DNA from: Neophaeotheca triangularis
Lineage: Eukaryota
Direction: 5' to 3'
NCBI GenBank assembly: GCA_054600435.1
Contig: BAAIJX010000013.1
Coordinates: 310,001-374,000 of the forward strand
Length of the DNA: 64,000 nt
Both the position numbers and the translations under genes were made by a program. A model generated the notes under the pieces. It did not search any database, was not told the DNA's origin, and saw only the letters and a list, made by a program, of their open reading frames with translations. Shown in pieces: positions 23,793 through 36,405 of this stretch. The stretch's first letter is position 1; every line of letters begins with the position of its first letter.

Positions 23793-25547
23793 TCAACTCC
23801 CCGCCCCGGCCCCCGCGCCAGCACCAGCAGCCGCACCCGCCCCCGTCCCCGGTGCGGGCAAACTGCGCTGCCACTTCTTACCCCGCATAATCGTAGTAAC
23901 GGCGTGTCTGACGACCGTTCCGGCCTTCTCGGTTTCCTTGCGGCTCAGACCCGTGGTGACGCAGACTTTGATGGCAGGCTGGGGTTTGTATTCCTTTGCC
24001 AAATCGCGAGCGGGGACGTTGAGAGGGGCTGGCATGGCTTTGAGGCGGGTGATGAGAACGTTGTTCGCGAGAGCCTGAGAAGATTTAGTTAGAGGGGTTG
24101 GCATTAAATTGCATGGGGTTCGGGGCTTTTGTATTTTCTATTCGAGGGAGTTGTTCTTGCTTACCTCGTCGACGCAGTCTTGGAGCAGGGCTTCTTGCTC
24201 CGGGTGACTTAGCCCGCGCGCTTGGACGTGTTCGTCCTTGAGCACGAGCAGCACTACTGGGTTATCCGGGTGGGAGATGCAACGGACCCACTCGCTGCGC
24301 GGGTCGAGCTGGCCGCGCATCGCTTTGATGTTCTCGCGCAAAGATGCCATGATCTCCGGTTTCTCTTGCAGCAGGGCCACAGTCTCACTGGCCGTGACTG
24401 CCAACATGGCCGGCAGCGCTGCCGAGTATGTGTAAGCGGCGGCGGAGAGACGCTGGTGCTCGACAATCTCTTCGGTGCCGGCGCAGAAGCCGCCGCCAGC
24501 CGTGAGCCCGCCGGCTAGGGATCCGATAATCATGTCAATGTTCTGGGCATCGACGTTCGCATGCTCCGTAACGCCCCTGCCAGTCCTGCCCAGAATACCA
24601 TAACTCCACGTCTCGTCCAAGAACAGGCGGAATTTGTACTTCAGCTTCAAGTCGACCACGCGCGGCAAATCTACGCAGTCCCCGACATTCTCAAACAAGC
24701 CTTCAGTGACAATAAACCGCCTCGTCAATGGCTTACCCTCATTCTCCTCGACGACCTTCTTCAGCACACGCTCCAAATCCGCCATGTCATTATGCTCATA
24801 CCACCGAACCGTCGACCGCGAAATCTGCAACCCCTTGCGAATGGGGAAATTCACCGCCTTATCGGCGACAATGATATCGCCCCTCTTACTGAAAGCCGGA
24901 ATCACAGAACTGATAGTGGAAAAGCTCTGAGCGTAAATGATACAAGCCGCGACGCCCAAGTGCGCGGCAATGTCGGCCTCGCTCTTCATGTGCACATCCT
25001 GCGTGCCGTAGAAGCCCGGCGGCGAGCAGGGCCCGACGCCGTAGGTGCGGATGGTGTTGACGGCTTTGGTGAGGAGCTCGGAGTTGGTGGCGAAATTGAA
25101 GTGGTTGTAGCTGGCGAGGTTGGTGACGAGTTTGCCGCCGCCGGGGCCTGCGACGCGGCATTTGGCGCCGGCGGGCCCGAGGATCACGGGGCGCTTTTCG
25201 TTTTCTGTGCGTTCGAACTCGGTTTCTTCTGCGACGAGGGGTTCGGGAGTCCAGTCTTCGACTAGTTCGTCGATTTCGTCTTCGGTCAGGGGGACATTGC
25301 GAGCGCGCTGGGTTGAGTATGAGGGGGCAAGGAGGTAGCGGACGGCGAAGAGGACGAGGAAGAGCTCGATGATGCTGCGGAAAGGGTCATTTTGGTAGCT
25401 GCTGCGGATGTAACGGAGGAGGATGGCGGAGCCGGGAAGGCGTTGGAGGTTGGAGGAGAGCGTTTCGAGGTAGGGGAGCAGGGGTTCGGTCAGAGAAGGG
25501 GGAAGAGAGGGGAGGGCGGAAAGGGGAGTTGCTGAGGTTGTGTTCAT
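23793..25547 (-). CDS. LCB1: Serine palmitoyltransferase subunit 1
   Basis: Exons 25547-24165 and 24074-23793. RYIRSSYQNDPFRS, EIDELVEDWTPEPLV, YGVGPCSPPGFYGTQDVH and FIVTEGLFEN. IIGSLAG lacks the PLP lysine, as expected for Lcb1. Confidence 0.94.
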
Positions 25548-26485
25548 CGTAGCAGCGTTGATCGAAGGAGACCGCGATGCTTTGTGATCATCCTCTGGTA
25601 TTGGAAGAGAGAGATGCGATGTTCTTCGGAGCGGCTTACGGGATGCCTTCAGCAGAAACAACAGACGACGTTGTCATGCATCGACCCGCTAGCTCCCGCC
25701 GCCGTTTCTGCCCTGCATTAGCGCCGATTTCAGGCCGCACGGATGACATTCAAAACGCGGGTAAGGAATGAGACGGCGACGAAGAGACAGATCGTACAGT
25801 CGTAACAGTCAGTCAAGGATGCATTGCAAAAGCTGTCTACACCTCCCGTTCGCCTATGCAATTAGTCCGACGAGCGTTGAAAAACGCAAGCAACACTTGA
25901 ACAGGAGTTGCAAGGAGTTCGTGTTTCCCACGCGGTCATGACACGAAAAGTCGCGTCGCTGCGAAGATAGACAAAATCAACCCGTAAGCCATGAGCGCCG
26001 TGTGTTCCCCCGTTAAACCATACTTTTCGCGCTGTCAAAGCGTCGACTGGTCGGGTATCCATCATAAAAGCCCCCTCCCCCCAAACCCCTTTCCCCTCAA
26101 TTCGGAGGTAGTCTTGGAGAAAAGAAAAGTGTGCCAGCAGCGTAAAGCATAGAAGAAACCGTCCATCGTATGCGCAATCCGTTCCCTTCGCAGTCCATAT
26201 CCTCAATTCAGACAGGAGCAGATGCATTGCTGCACATCGCTCAAAGAAAAAAAAAATCACACTTAGTTCAAATGCCGACAGTCATCGGCATATCCTCTGT
26301 AAGAGCTGGTGTCGAGTTCGAGTCGGTCCTCTTCGTAGCTAGCGGGTATCATCAAAAACTCGTCGTTACAATCCATCCTCATCCTCGTGCCAGAGGCTGT
26401 TGCCACGCCGCTCCCGCGCAGTCTTGACGTTCTCCTTGTCGGGAGAGAAGTCAAAGGTGACATCGAGAAGTTTGCCGTGGTCATT

Positions 26486-27677
26486 CTACGACACCAGCTC
26501 CCCTCCCAATTCCATCCCTACCCCGTCCTGCTTGTTGGAATTGCCATTGCTGCGTGTCATATTTGGTGACGATGAGGTGGGTGGCGCTAGCGAGTCGAAG
26601 TTGAGCCGGCGTCGCGTCGCCGTGGCGGGTGTACGGTTCCAAGCGGCCTGCGCTGGTGACGGTGTGATGTTGACAAAGTCGGAGAAATCAAAGTTGTTTC
26701 CCGGGGTGGTTGGTGCAAATCCCCAGGCTGCTCCGTTTGTCGAGGGTGTCATATGCGACGATGGAAGTGGGGTTGATTTGCAAGGCGGCGTGGTAGGGGC
26801 TTGGACGATGGTCCTGGCGCCGCTCTTCTGTGCCGGAGATGGCGAGGCGGCGAGGTACATGAGTAGATCGGCGCCTTCTTCGCCATTCTTCGGCGTGCGT
26901 GACCACGAGACGTTCTGAGCCTTCCTATTACGTAGACGATTGCCTGGTGGTGGGGTGCGTGGTGGCGAGGATATGATTTGTGTGGGTGGTTGGAAGTTGA
27001 AGCTGTGTAGAGCCAAGTCGTTTGGGTCATCCTCGCTGGATTCCGGGGATGTGTCTCGATCTGGGATGGTTGAGCCTTCGGAGATGAAAGACAGTTGTGT
27101 AGGGTTGGTCGCCGGGAAGTGGGCGTGTTTCTCCTGTTTTATGGGCGACGATTGAGATAGGTTGTGTTGCTTTTTCCAGCTGCTCGGTATCTGGGCCCTC
27201 GTCGACTGCCTCGTACGTCTGCCCGTCATAGCACCAGATGAGGGGTATTTCGCAGTGTCCGCCGGTGCCGTGGGTCTCAACCTCTTGAAGCTGTAGTTGC
27301 TACCACCCGAGAACATGGGAGCGGTAAGCGGGGACGAGTCGAGGCCACTGCTAGAATGCAGACGGGTGGAGGTGGTGGAGGCAGTATCGGAGAGGTTGTC
27401 GTTGCTGGACGCTGGGCGCTTGCGTGGATATCGCTGTTCGATCTGCGGCTCGATAGCATCCAGACTCATGTTCTCCCACCCATTCTGTATCTTGACGCTA
27501 GCGAGGGCAAGACGATCCTGGAGGGCTCTGGTCATCTGTGGGGAAAAAACTCTGGGTCAGCATGCGGTGCACAGTGGTGCAGCAGTATCGCCTACCTACC
27601 TTTGAGACATGAGCTCTTCTCAGCACCCGTTCGGCGACCTCATCCTGTGAGTCGAATTGGTAAGGTGGTGCGGCCAT
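26486..27677 (-). CDS. Whi5-domain / Stb1-like G1/S transcriptional regulator
   Basis: Exons 27677-27600 and 27535-26486. LQDRLALASVKIQNGWENMSLDAIE resembles the Whi5/Nrm1 GTB motif, GADLLMYLAASP resembles yeast Stb1, and there are many S/T-P CDK sites. Confidence 0.75.
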
Positions 27678-28895
27678 GGCTAGGTAGTGATGCTTCACGG
27701 GAGGAGAGTTGGGGTGGGGTTGGTGGTGAGGGGGAGCGATGATATGGAGGAGGAGGAGATTTATGTTGCGAGGAGAGGGACTTCTAGCCGCCGGTGGACA
27801 TTGAGAGAAGATCTGGAGTTGATTGGAAAGATCTGCGCAGGCGTTGTGTGAGGTGGTCTGGGGGTAAAGTAGTCTGGTTATGGGACGTCGAGCGGGTGGA
27901 GAGAGGTCGAGGCAGAGTGGTTGCGGCAAAGAGGAGCAAGGCAGGCTATCTCGGGTCTCTGGTCCGGTTGCTAGGTTGGGTTAAGTTAGGGGAGAGTACA
28001 TAGTAGTACCTCGAGAAGCTTGGAACTTGGAAGCAGCCAGGAATGCCGCGAGCTTGGACGATCGATCGACACACGTCCACCTCGCTTCTTCTCATTATTT
28101 TTATTATTATATACTCCCTCTCTCTTCACTGCAAACAACAGACGATGATATGTTAAAAGTGACATATCAGTAATTTACCAGACACGTAAAAGCGAGCAAG
28201 AAATCACCAATTACGTTCAGACATTGCCGGCAAATTCCACACTCTGCAGACCACCGAACGATTCCGGGATTCGTCACATACCTCGTACGTATTCAACCGC
28301 AGACTTTCGAAGCCAGTCCACCCCATACGCCTTCTAGTCTCCAGGACGCAGTGCGCGGAGGCGATGGGCCAGATAACCCACTATCAATGGGACAAGTGTA
28401 ACATTGCAGTGCAAGACAATCTTTAATCGCTTCAAACCTTGCTAGCCGGGCTTCCTTCTGAGCTGTGAGACGGAATCTTTAAGATGGTCTGGTCCAGTAG
28501 TGAGCCAGTCCGACATGCCGGGGCTTTGCAGCAAAAGGCTCAATTGAAGCAACAGGGCCAAGACAGCATATGTACTACGATCCCAAAGCTCCACTCTCAT
28601 CGCTGCCGACCTCGGGTGGATCGAATAGAAACTGCCCGAGTCCTGTAGAAACATAGACTAGAGGTTGGCTCAACGACCGGCAGAGTGAAGAGTAGTAGTG
28701 GATCCTATCATGATCTACTATAGCACGGCAATGAGCTAGACAGTGAAGAAGCCCGTCGCAATCCCCACACCTCCATCCTATGCACACCTCCAGCAGTCCT
28801 TCATCCCCAACGCCCTATAGAAAGCACTCGACCCCCCAGACTCCAGCCTGCCCAAGCTGCGAAAGTAGAAACCACGGTCAGCTTCCAGACCAAGC

Positions 28896-29647
28896 TTAAC
28901 GGAAAAGGCCTCCGTCATCCCCGCAGCAGTGCTCGAGTCCGCAATCCACGGGCTCAGACTTGACGATGGTGGTCTCCTCTTCTCCCTGACCCCCATCAAC
29001 CCCATAATCCTCTCCATCCAACTGTCCATCCACCGCCTTCTGCTTCCCCTTTCCCCCCTTTCCCCCCTTAGCCTTCTTACGGCACGGACTCGCCACCTCG
29101 ACCTCCTCCTCATCCTCCTCCACCACAACCCCCGCATCTCCCTCACCAACCCCCTTACTCACACTTCCCTTCACCGAAACCCCCCCAACCCGTCCCCTCT
29201 TCCTCCCAGCCGTAACAGACGTACCACCACTCTTGCCCACAGCCCCTTTACCACTCCCACCCGGCGTGCCAACCCCAGCACCATTGCCATTCTTAACAGG
29301 CGTCGCAGTCGGCGTCTTCGAAGCCCGCACGCTGTTGCCCAGGGCGCCGTACTCAGTCTTCAGCTTGTTCTTAGTAACACGCATGAGTTCGCGAGCGCTA
29401 GCGGCGCTGGAAAGACCGGCGACTTCGCGAAATTTGTCGTAGTCGACCTGACGAGGGGGGAGGGGGATTAGTTGGGTGTCCATGTAAAGAGGATTTTGGT
29501 CAAAGGAGATGTGGGAGAGCGTGGGAGGTGGGTTTGGGCTGCGGTATGGATGTAAGTTTTTAGAGAAGTGACGCGTACCTTTGGTTCGGTCTCGAAGCAC
29601 TGCCAGGCGAGGGCTAGGTACTCCATTTGACGGCTGCTGAGAGGCAT
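28896..29647 (-). CDS. Hypothetical protein: short helical N-terminal domain plus basic/acidic low-complexity tail
   Basis: Exon 29647-29579 (MPLSSRQMEYLALAWQCFETEPK), intron 29578-29448 (GTACGC..CTAAT..CAG), exon 2 VDYDKFREVAGLSSAASAR... with RKRGR and RKKAK NLS-like patches. The 3' end is uncertain. Confidence 0.6.
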
Positions 29648-30549
29648 GGTGAAGGTCTGTTGTTGATGTTTTGGTAAGGGGTTTTGTGGATGCCTGCCGG
29701 TGGAGGGATGCTGCTTTGCTAGCGATGCCGGTTAGTGTGCAATGCGAGGAAGTTTTGGGTTTGGTGTTGGAATGCAACTCACCAAAGAAATTGTCGTGGT
29801 TGTTGATGGCTGACTTGGATGTGAGAAGTGAGAGTGGGTGAGGTCGAGGGTGAGAAAGGCTAGTGTTGTCCAAGTGTTAAGGCTGTGACGCTAGGAGTCA
29901 ATTTGGGCAGGAGCGAGGTAAGTGCAATTGGGAAGGTGCAGGGTTTTGCCTAGGAGAGGAAGGAACTACCAGAACAGTAATCGTTTCTAAGGTTGCAAGG
30001 TAGTTGGACAGAGGGTTGACGCCTTAGTAGCTGTCTTGGATGGTAAAAATTCGCTGGCGAAGACGAGTCTGGTGGAGTGCAATGCAGACTTGTTGACGCT
30101 CAAGAAAAGGAAAGAAACGCAAAGACGAACAGGGAGGGAAAGAAAATTCTACTTGTACGTTCCCAGACCACACTCTTGCCGTCTCCCATCCTGTTCACGA
30201 CTCTTGACAGCGCCGTAGACTCACCAACGTCAAGTTTGTACGGAACTCACCAGTTTCGACGACGTCGAAGTTCGCGCCCAGACGTCGCAGCTCCAATCCC
30301 TGCACGAACGCACGCAGTGCAACATCAACGCCTGCAAGCCCGACCAACCCAAAAGCGAGGATCACATCCAAAAGAAACAAAAAAGGGGGCTGGGAGAAAG
30401 CATTTTGCTATACATCCAATCTACACATTGCTCAAGACTCGACGCGCTCCACCTTCTCTCCACGAGACAACAGAGCCGCCTTCTTTGAAGTGCTGTACAT
30501 TAAAAGCGTGTCATACCAGTCCTTCGCTATCAGCTCAGAAAACGCTCCA

Positions 30550-33500
30550 TCACCCCTTTGACATTGCCAGATCGTGCAATTTACACAACAATCCTAGCGC
30601 GACTTTATCCGTAGTACCCAGCAGTGTTGCCCCGAGGATGGCATGGCCCTGCGGTATACCGTCAAATCGCAGCGGCGCGGGCGCATTTTTCTCTTTCTCA
30701 CTCGCGCCATCTTCACCCCCCTTCTTCGAGGCACCGTTTGTCTGCTTTTCGTGGGGCACAGACACCGCCTTCTCCGCCAGTCTCTTCATCATGGTCAATG
30801 CCCGATGTGTTATGAGTTTGAAGCTCTCCGTGTCCATGCCCAAGTCCCGCTGCTTAGGAGGCGGTGGCGGCTGCGGACGGTCGACAGAAAGCAGCGAGGC
30901 CAAATTCAACAAGCTGACCGCCCAACCATCCTCACTTTCAACCCAGGTTCGAGCAAGCTCGGCGTTGTTGCTCGGTGTGAGTGTCGAGAGGATGTCTGCT
31001 GCAAGCATGCCCTGCGTGAGATAAGCTTTGCGTGCTTCAACAATGCGAAGTTGGGCGTTGTTGCCAGACGAGCCTTTAGTGCGATCGGGAAGCACGGAAA
31101 TGGCAAGGGCAAAAGCACGAGTTAGCAGGTCGAGTGGCGATTCAGAGACAGCGAGGGATGAGCTGCTGGCGGTGAAAATGCTTCGGTAAAGGACGCGGTT
31201 GGGCTCTTGGCGGGCGAGTAGTTTCGCCAGGCAATCCACTGCCGGTGGAAGGTAGCGATGCACAGCGGGCACAAAGCTGGTAAATCGAATATTGCCATTA
31301 CCGTCTGCGTAACTCGGTGCTGGCTGCGGTGCAAAGGCCAAAAGGAAATGGAGAATGTGCAGGGCATCGTCTCTGCTAGGTAGCTCCAGGCTCTGTGTGA
31401 TGTTGGATAGCAGGGTAATGACATCCTTGTAGAAGTCCTGGGTATTGAGATGGGTCCTTAGCAGCATGTTGCGCGTTCCCAGCAACCGGATGGTGTTGCT
31501 GAGCCACTTGATCAACGGCGCCGCCGTGAGTAGGCGGTGATTGTGTTCGAAGAATGAAAAGTTTCGCAGGATCGTGGTAATGGCGATGAGCTTGTCTGCA
31601 GCTCGGTCGAGATCGTACTCCCGTGTGCCAAATTGGGGCACATCTTGCAAGGTATCGGCTTCCACACGCGACCCTCGCATAACATCCTCATAAGATGAAA
31701 GATCGAGCGCGTCACTAACTTCGGCTGCTTCATCTGACAGGAGCTCCATTTGATCCTCCGCACAATCCACCAATGTGTCCATCAAGTCTTCGCACTTGTC
31801 GAGCTCGAAAGAGATGCGCTGGTCCATTGATACTACTGCGAGCGCGTCTAGCGCATACCGCACTTCGCCGTGTATGCCTGATGCGAGACTCAACGTGATA
31901 GCTCTCGTATCAATGACACCCATTTCATCCACGGTGGGCATAACGGGTGTCGCCCTGCTAATCGACGAGCACAAATCGTATAACGCGGGGATGTCGTACC
32001 CACCATCGAACTCGATTGTCCTCATCTGCGGGATGTAATTGGTACTTTGGGGCTCTTCACTCTTCATCACCATACCACCGCTAGCTTCCTGCTTCACACT
32101 AGGCTGCCTCTGCGTCTTTACCTGCGGAGACGGCGCAGCCACTGGCTGACTACCAGGCTGCTGTGGGGTCTGCTCGGACTTCCTGACGCTGCCTACACTG
32201 CTCTCCCGTCGGTGCTGCAGTTGCGCCTGTGGCCCCATCATCTGTTGAGGGGTGACCATGCCATTCTGAGGTAGTTGAGCAGAGTTTGGGACTGGAGTCG
32301 TCTGGGTGTTCATCACGGGTGGTGGTGGTGGTGGTGCCGCTGCTTCTGGCTGTTGGCCCTGCTGGAACTGTTGTTGTTGGTACTGATTAGTCTGAGGCGG
32401 TTGCATCATCCGTGGTTGTGGAGAGCCTTGTGTAGGACCTGAGAAGCCGGCCATTTGATGCGCGTGCATGCGTGCCTGTTCCTGCTTCTGCTTTGTGCGC
32501 ATGTTCATATACATCGCTTCGTATGCACTGACGTTTGACGCGTATATATGCTTGATCTCTTGCGCCGCGGTTGGATGCTGGGAATACCCTAGCTTGTTTG
32601 CGACGGCCTGCCATTGTCCATTACGGTCCACATTCTGCGATCCACCCGCGCTACTTACGACAATCCAAAGCGCGTACAGGTCTAGGGGTCGACCTCCCAC
32701 TGCTGGATTGGGATTGAATTGTTTGCCCTGGCTTTGGAACTGTCGCATCACGTACTGCAAGAACTGCTGGCGCTTAGCATGCTGCTGTTGCTGTTGCTGC
32801 TGTTGTAATGTAGAGGGGTTCCCCGACATTTGACCACTTTGCTGACCATTAGGCATTTGTGCTCCGGATTGCTGGCCTTGCTGAGCGTACATTGCGTTCA
32901 TCTGGCCGGGTCGTTGGCCCATCATGCCATTCGTACGCATCTGTTGTTGCTGCTGGAGCAGGCGCATTTGGTAGGCTCTTTGCTGGTCATGCGGTCTTGT
33001 CATGCCTCCGCCCATGCCTCCGCTCATGTTGTTGCCTTGCGCCGACATTGAGCTCGGCATCCCAGGCATGGGTGTCATGTTTTGGTTCATGCCATAACCC
33101 TGCTGCAAACCACCGCCCATCTGCCCTGCTTGCGGCACATTCGGTGGCTGCGTTGGATTCGGAAAGGGCGAGGGTGACGCGTTCTGCATGCGTTGTTGAG
33201 GTGGCTGCTGCTGCTGTCGGAACTGCTGGTTTCCTATCGTCGGACTCGGCGTCGCGTTCCCAGAGCCAGCTTGGTTTTGGAGATGGGCGTAAGGCGTCGG
33301 CGCCTGTTGGAAGCCGCCATACTGCTGTGGTGTTTGTGATCGCGATGCCTGGAGGTTTCCCGGCGGTGCTCTCGGCGAGTTGATGGATCCGTCGTTGGGT
33401 CTCTTTTGGGGCACCACTGGCGTGGTGTTGAAGTTTTGCTGTGGGAAGCCAGGCTGGGGAGTAGGCGGTTGGAACTGGCTAGGGTTGAAGTGATTCGGGG

Positions 33501-33582
33501 TGTTGGAGAACATGTTGGGGTTGATCGATCCGGCACCGTTGAAGACGCCATTCTGCTGTCCGTTGTCCTGCCATTGGTTCAT
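30550..33582 (-). CDS. SWI1: ARID/BRIGHT-domain SWI/SNF subunit (Swi1/Sol1-like)
   Basis: Q/M/P-rich N-terminus, ARID motif GRPLDLYALWIVVSSAGGSQNV...WQAVANKLG, C-terminal EMGVIDTRAITLSLASG...EVRYALD...TTILRNFSF. First in-frame ATG at 33582; probable upstream intron 33903-33604. Confidence 0.85.
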   Translation of the reverse strand: MNQWQDNGQQNGVFNGAGSINPNMFSNTPNHFNPSQFQPPTPQPGFPQQNFNTTPVVPQKRPNDGSINSPRAPPGNLQASRSQTPQQYGGFQQAPTPYAHLQNQAGSGNATPSPTIGNQQFRQQQQPPQQRMQNASPSPFPNPTQPPNVPQAGQMGGGLQQGYGMNQNMTPMPGMPSSMSAQGNNMSGGMGGGMTRPHDQQRAYQMRLLQQQQQMRTNGMMGQRPGQMNAMYAQQGQQSGAQMPNGQQSGQMSGNPSTLQQQQQQQQHAKRQQFLQYVMRQFQSQGKQFNPNPAVGGRPLDLYALWIVVSSAGGSQNVDRNGQWQAVANKLGYSQHPTAAQEIKHIYASNVSAYEAMYMNMRTKQKQEQARMHAHQMAGFSGPTQGSPQPRMMQPPQTNQYQQQQFQQGQQPEAAAPPPPPPVMNTQTTPVPNSAQLPQNGMVTPQQMMGPQAQLQHRRESSVGSVRKSEQTPQQPGSQPVAAPSPQVKTQRQPSVKQEASGGMVMKSEEPQSTNYIPQMRTIEFDGGYDIPALYDLCSSISRATPVMPTVDEMGVIDTRAITLSLASGIHGEVRYALDALAVVSMDQRISFELDKCEDLMDTLVDCAEDQMELLSDEAAEVSDALDLSSYEDVMRGSRVEADTLQDVPQFGTREYDLDRAADKLIAITTILRNFSFFEHNHRLLTAAPLIKWLSNTIRLLGTRNMLLRTHLNTQDFYKDVITLLSNITQSLELPSRDDALHILHFLLAFAPQPAPSYADGNGNIRFTSFVPAVHRYLPPAVDCLAKLLARQEPNRVLYRSIFTASSSSLAVSESPLDLLTRAFALAISVLPDRTKGSSGNNAQLRIVEARKAYLTQGMLAADILSTLTPSNNAELARTWVESEDGWAVSLLNLASLLSVDRPQPPPPPKQRDLGMDTESFKLITHRALTMMKRLAEKAVSVPHEKQTNGASKKGGEDGASEKEKNAPAPLRFDGIPQGHAILGATLLGTTDKVALGLLCKLHDLAMSKG

Positions 33583-35737
33583 GGTCGCATGGAGGAAGGT
33601 CACCTGATGGCGACATTGTAGTCAGCGCACCCGGTCAGTGGCAGCAAAGGCGCGAGAGGCGCGCATGTGACGGGAGGATAGCAAAAGCAAGCAGAGGAGG
33701 GAGTGAGTGGTCGGGCAGACGCGTGTGTCGCGATAAACAAAGCCAGCGAGCTGCGCAGCAGGCAGAACTTAGGCGTCGAACGAGGGCGAGCGGGGCGCGC
33801 GCGCGGCAATAAGCATGCGCGTAGTCGCAAATGAGAGGCTCGCCGCGTGGTACAGAGTGAGTGGGCAAGAGAGGGGGTGAAAAGAAAAGGAGCTAAGACT
33901 TACCTGGGGTGTTATCGATGCCGGGCCGTAGGGGAGATGATGGGTTGGTGGTGGTGGTAAGGTCGGGTCCTGAAGCCTTCAGCCAGCTGCGACGCTGCCA
34001 GTGCCAGCGCTGCTGCGGTTTGACCCGCGCCCTCGCTTGCTTGGCACCTGCTCGCTCTGCGGCCACCTGGGCATGCTCGTTGGGAGACCGACACATGGTC
34101 GACTTGCACCCGCGATACAGAGCAACAGAGCAGTGGACTACTACATGGGTTACTGCCGCCTTGCAGAGGCACAGAGAGAGAGCGGCTCTTGCTTGGAGAG
34201 TAGACGAGGCGCATGCATTCGGTCGGTCACGCAAACGAGTAAAACAAGCTCCCGTCTCATTATTGGCCCCATTCCATCCTCGCCGATGGTGACGGGTCTG
34301 TGCACTGGGAAATCACGTACCTCGACAGGAGGACCGTGGAGGACCTAAAAGTCAACCGACATGCGTCCTGTCTCTTGTGTGTTTGTCCCGAGGAAGCCTC
34401 TTTCGCCTGTTGGGGACTTGGGACGGCCTGCTGCCAATCGCGGCCGCTGTTATTATTCCCACTATTGTCCTGCTTCCGCTCACCGTCTTCGCCGTCAGAA
34501 TTTTGCAAGTCAAAATACTGCTGCGAACCCTGTGTGTTGTTGCAAGGGATTCATGGGGTGGCGAATGTCGATGGGCTGCCGAGACGAAATCAACCCAACG
34601 GAGGTGCCCCACCTCCATCTGTGCCAGATCTCGAGGCTCGTGTTGCAGAATGCACCTCTTACTACTACATTTATCGCGAGGCGTTAAAGGCTATATGTAG
34701 TGTGTACCCACTGGAGGCGAGACTCCATGCTGGCGGCAACTCTTCGCTGACCCCCCCCCTGCCCCCCCCGTCGCAACCCCCCAAGAACCTGAACCCACCG
34801 TCCACAACTGGCAGCTGAATCAGGGCAAGTCGCCCATGACGTTGAGGCGGTCGTGCCATAATTGCACTCGGTCGATGGAGAAAGAAGAGACCGCTGTGGG
34901 GGTTGCTTTCGCTCCCTGCTTCTTCTGCTATACGAAGTAACTGCCAGTAGTGCTTCTGATGACAGCACAGCACTCGAGGGGCAGAAGGATCGGCGGACTA
35001 GTGACGGGCACATCTGCAATCAGCATGCCTCCACAAGCCTCGTCAATCATTCTTACTGGCCCTCTCCGTGAATTCTTCGCTGCTGACCAGACTCGGTCGA
35101 CTGGTGTCGCTGCCTTTCTTCCCTAACGACGCCTATAACATGTTTCCGACTTGTGAAGCTGGGCGATCGTAAGCTAGACGCCAATCAGGCTATCCTGATA
35201 ACCGGTGCCCATTCCGAAACGACCGCCACACTCCGGCCAAGATGGATGAACTGGAAGTCGCGCCATAAGAAGTCCAAGTACGAAGGATCCTCCCATTGTC
35301 TAGTAAGTCATTCGAGCATCCAGCTATGGACTTGGCAGTCGTCTCTATCCCTGTATTGGGCGAAAGCCCGGAGAGTTCTCTGGGAAGTCATATTGGCTAT
35401 AGATGAGTAGTATTGCAGTCCAAGGCATCCAGCGTGGAATTGTGGTGGTTTTGACTGGTAAGTACAAATGTAGTGTCTCATAGCTGGACGTCTGGCTTCT
35501 CCATGGATAGCACCTTCCATTTAACGCGCTTGTTGCCTTGAGGGCCTGACACACGCAGTGGCTGGTGCCTAGACAAGGAACACCGCCTGCCAAAGACCTG
35601 CCCATGGTACAGAGCAAACCTCAATCTCTCCAGCATAAAAGAAGCACCCCATTCCCCAACTTCCAACTTTCTCTTCCACTCAACAACATCAGCCCCAACT
35701 CACTCTTATCAAACAACTCCAACCGAAAAGCCCAAAT

Positions 35738-36405
35738 ATGTCTTCCACCAAGGACACAACCAACAACTCCAACCCCGCGAACTTCGCCAACCGCCCCACC
35801 GACGAGGTCAAAGCTATCGCTTCCATGGGTGGCAAGGCATCCCACGGCGGGCACGACGAAGCCGATAAGGTAAAGCGAATCCATCGCGGCCAGCTGACCA
35901 AGACCAGCCTACTGACACTTTTCCAAGCGTGCTGACTCCGCCGACCCAGGAGGCCGCAACGCCGATGGCACCTTCACCGCCGGCTCCGAGGCTGCTAAGG
36001 CTGCTGGACACAAGGGCGGCATGCACAGCCATGACCACGACAACGAGCACGACGACAAGATAGCTGAGGTGAGCCGCTCACGTGTATTGAATTTCAAATG
36101 CGACCCAGACAACTGACATGTGCCGAACAGACTGATGCCGGACGTCGCGATGACGGCACTTTCAAGCCTGGCGGCGAGGCTGCGAAGGAGGCTGGACACA
36201 AGGGCGGGATGCATAGCCACGGTCTCGATGCGGAGGATGGAAAAGTTGCGGGGGTGAGTCTACAGCTCTGATGCCCAGCGTTGGGGTGAGGTTGCTAACG
36301 TACAAGCGACAGGCTGACCCGGGACGTCGTGACGATGGAACTTTCAAGCCTGGCAGTGAGGCCGCGAAGGAGGCTGGACACAAGGGCGGGATGTCTCATG
36401 CTTAA
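35738..36405 (+). CDS. Con-10-like conidiation/stress hydrophilin with KGG-type repeats (162 aa)
   Basis: Exons 35738-35869, 35928-36068, 36131-36253, 36313-36405. NPANFANRPTDEVKAIASMGGKASH followed by three GR.DGTF..G.EAAK.AGHKGGM repeats. Confidence 0.88.

Noticed and set aside
4212..25547. CHO1, decarboxylase, DUR3 and LCB1 as a metabolic gene cluster
   Set aside because: They are interspersed with unrelated housekeeping genes, with no backbone enzyme or cluster regulator.
33896..33909. ACTTACCTGG resembling the U1 snRNA 5' end
   Set aside because: It is the reverse complement of a CAG/GTAAGT splice donor upstream of SWI1, and no U1 body follows.
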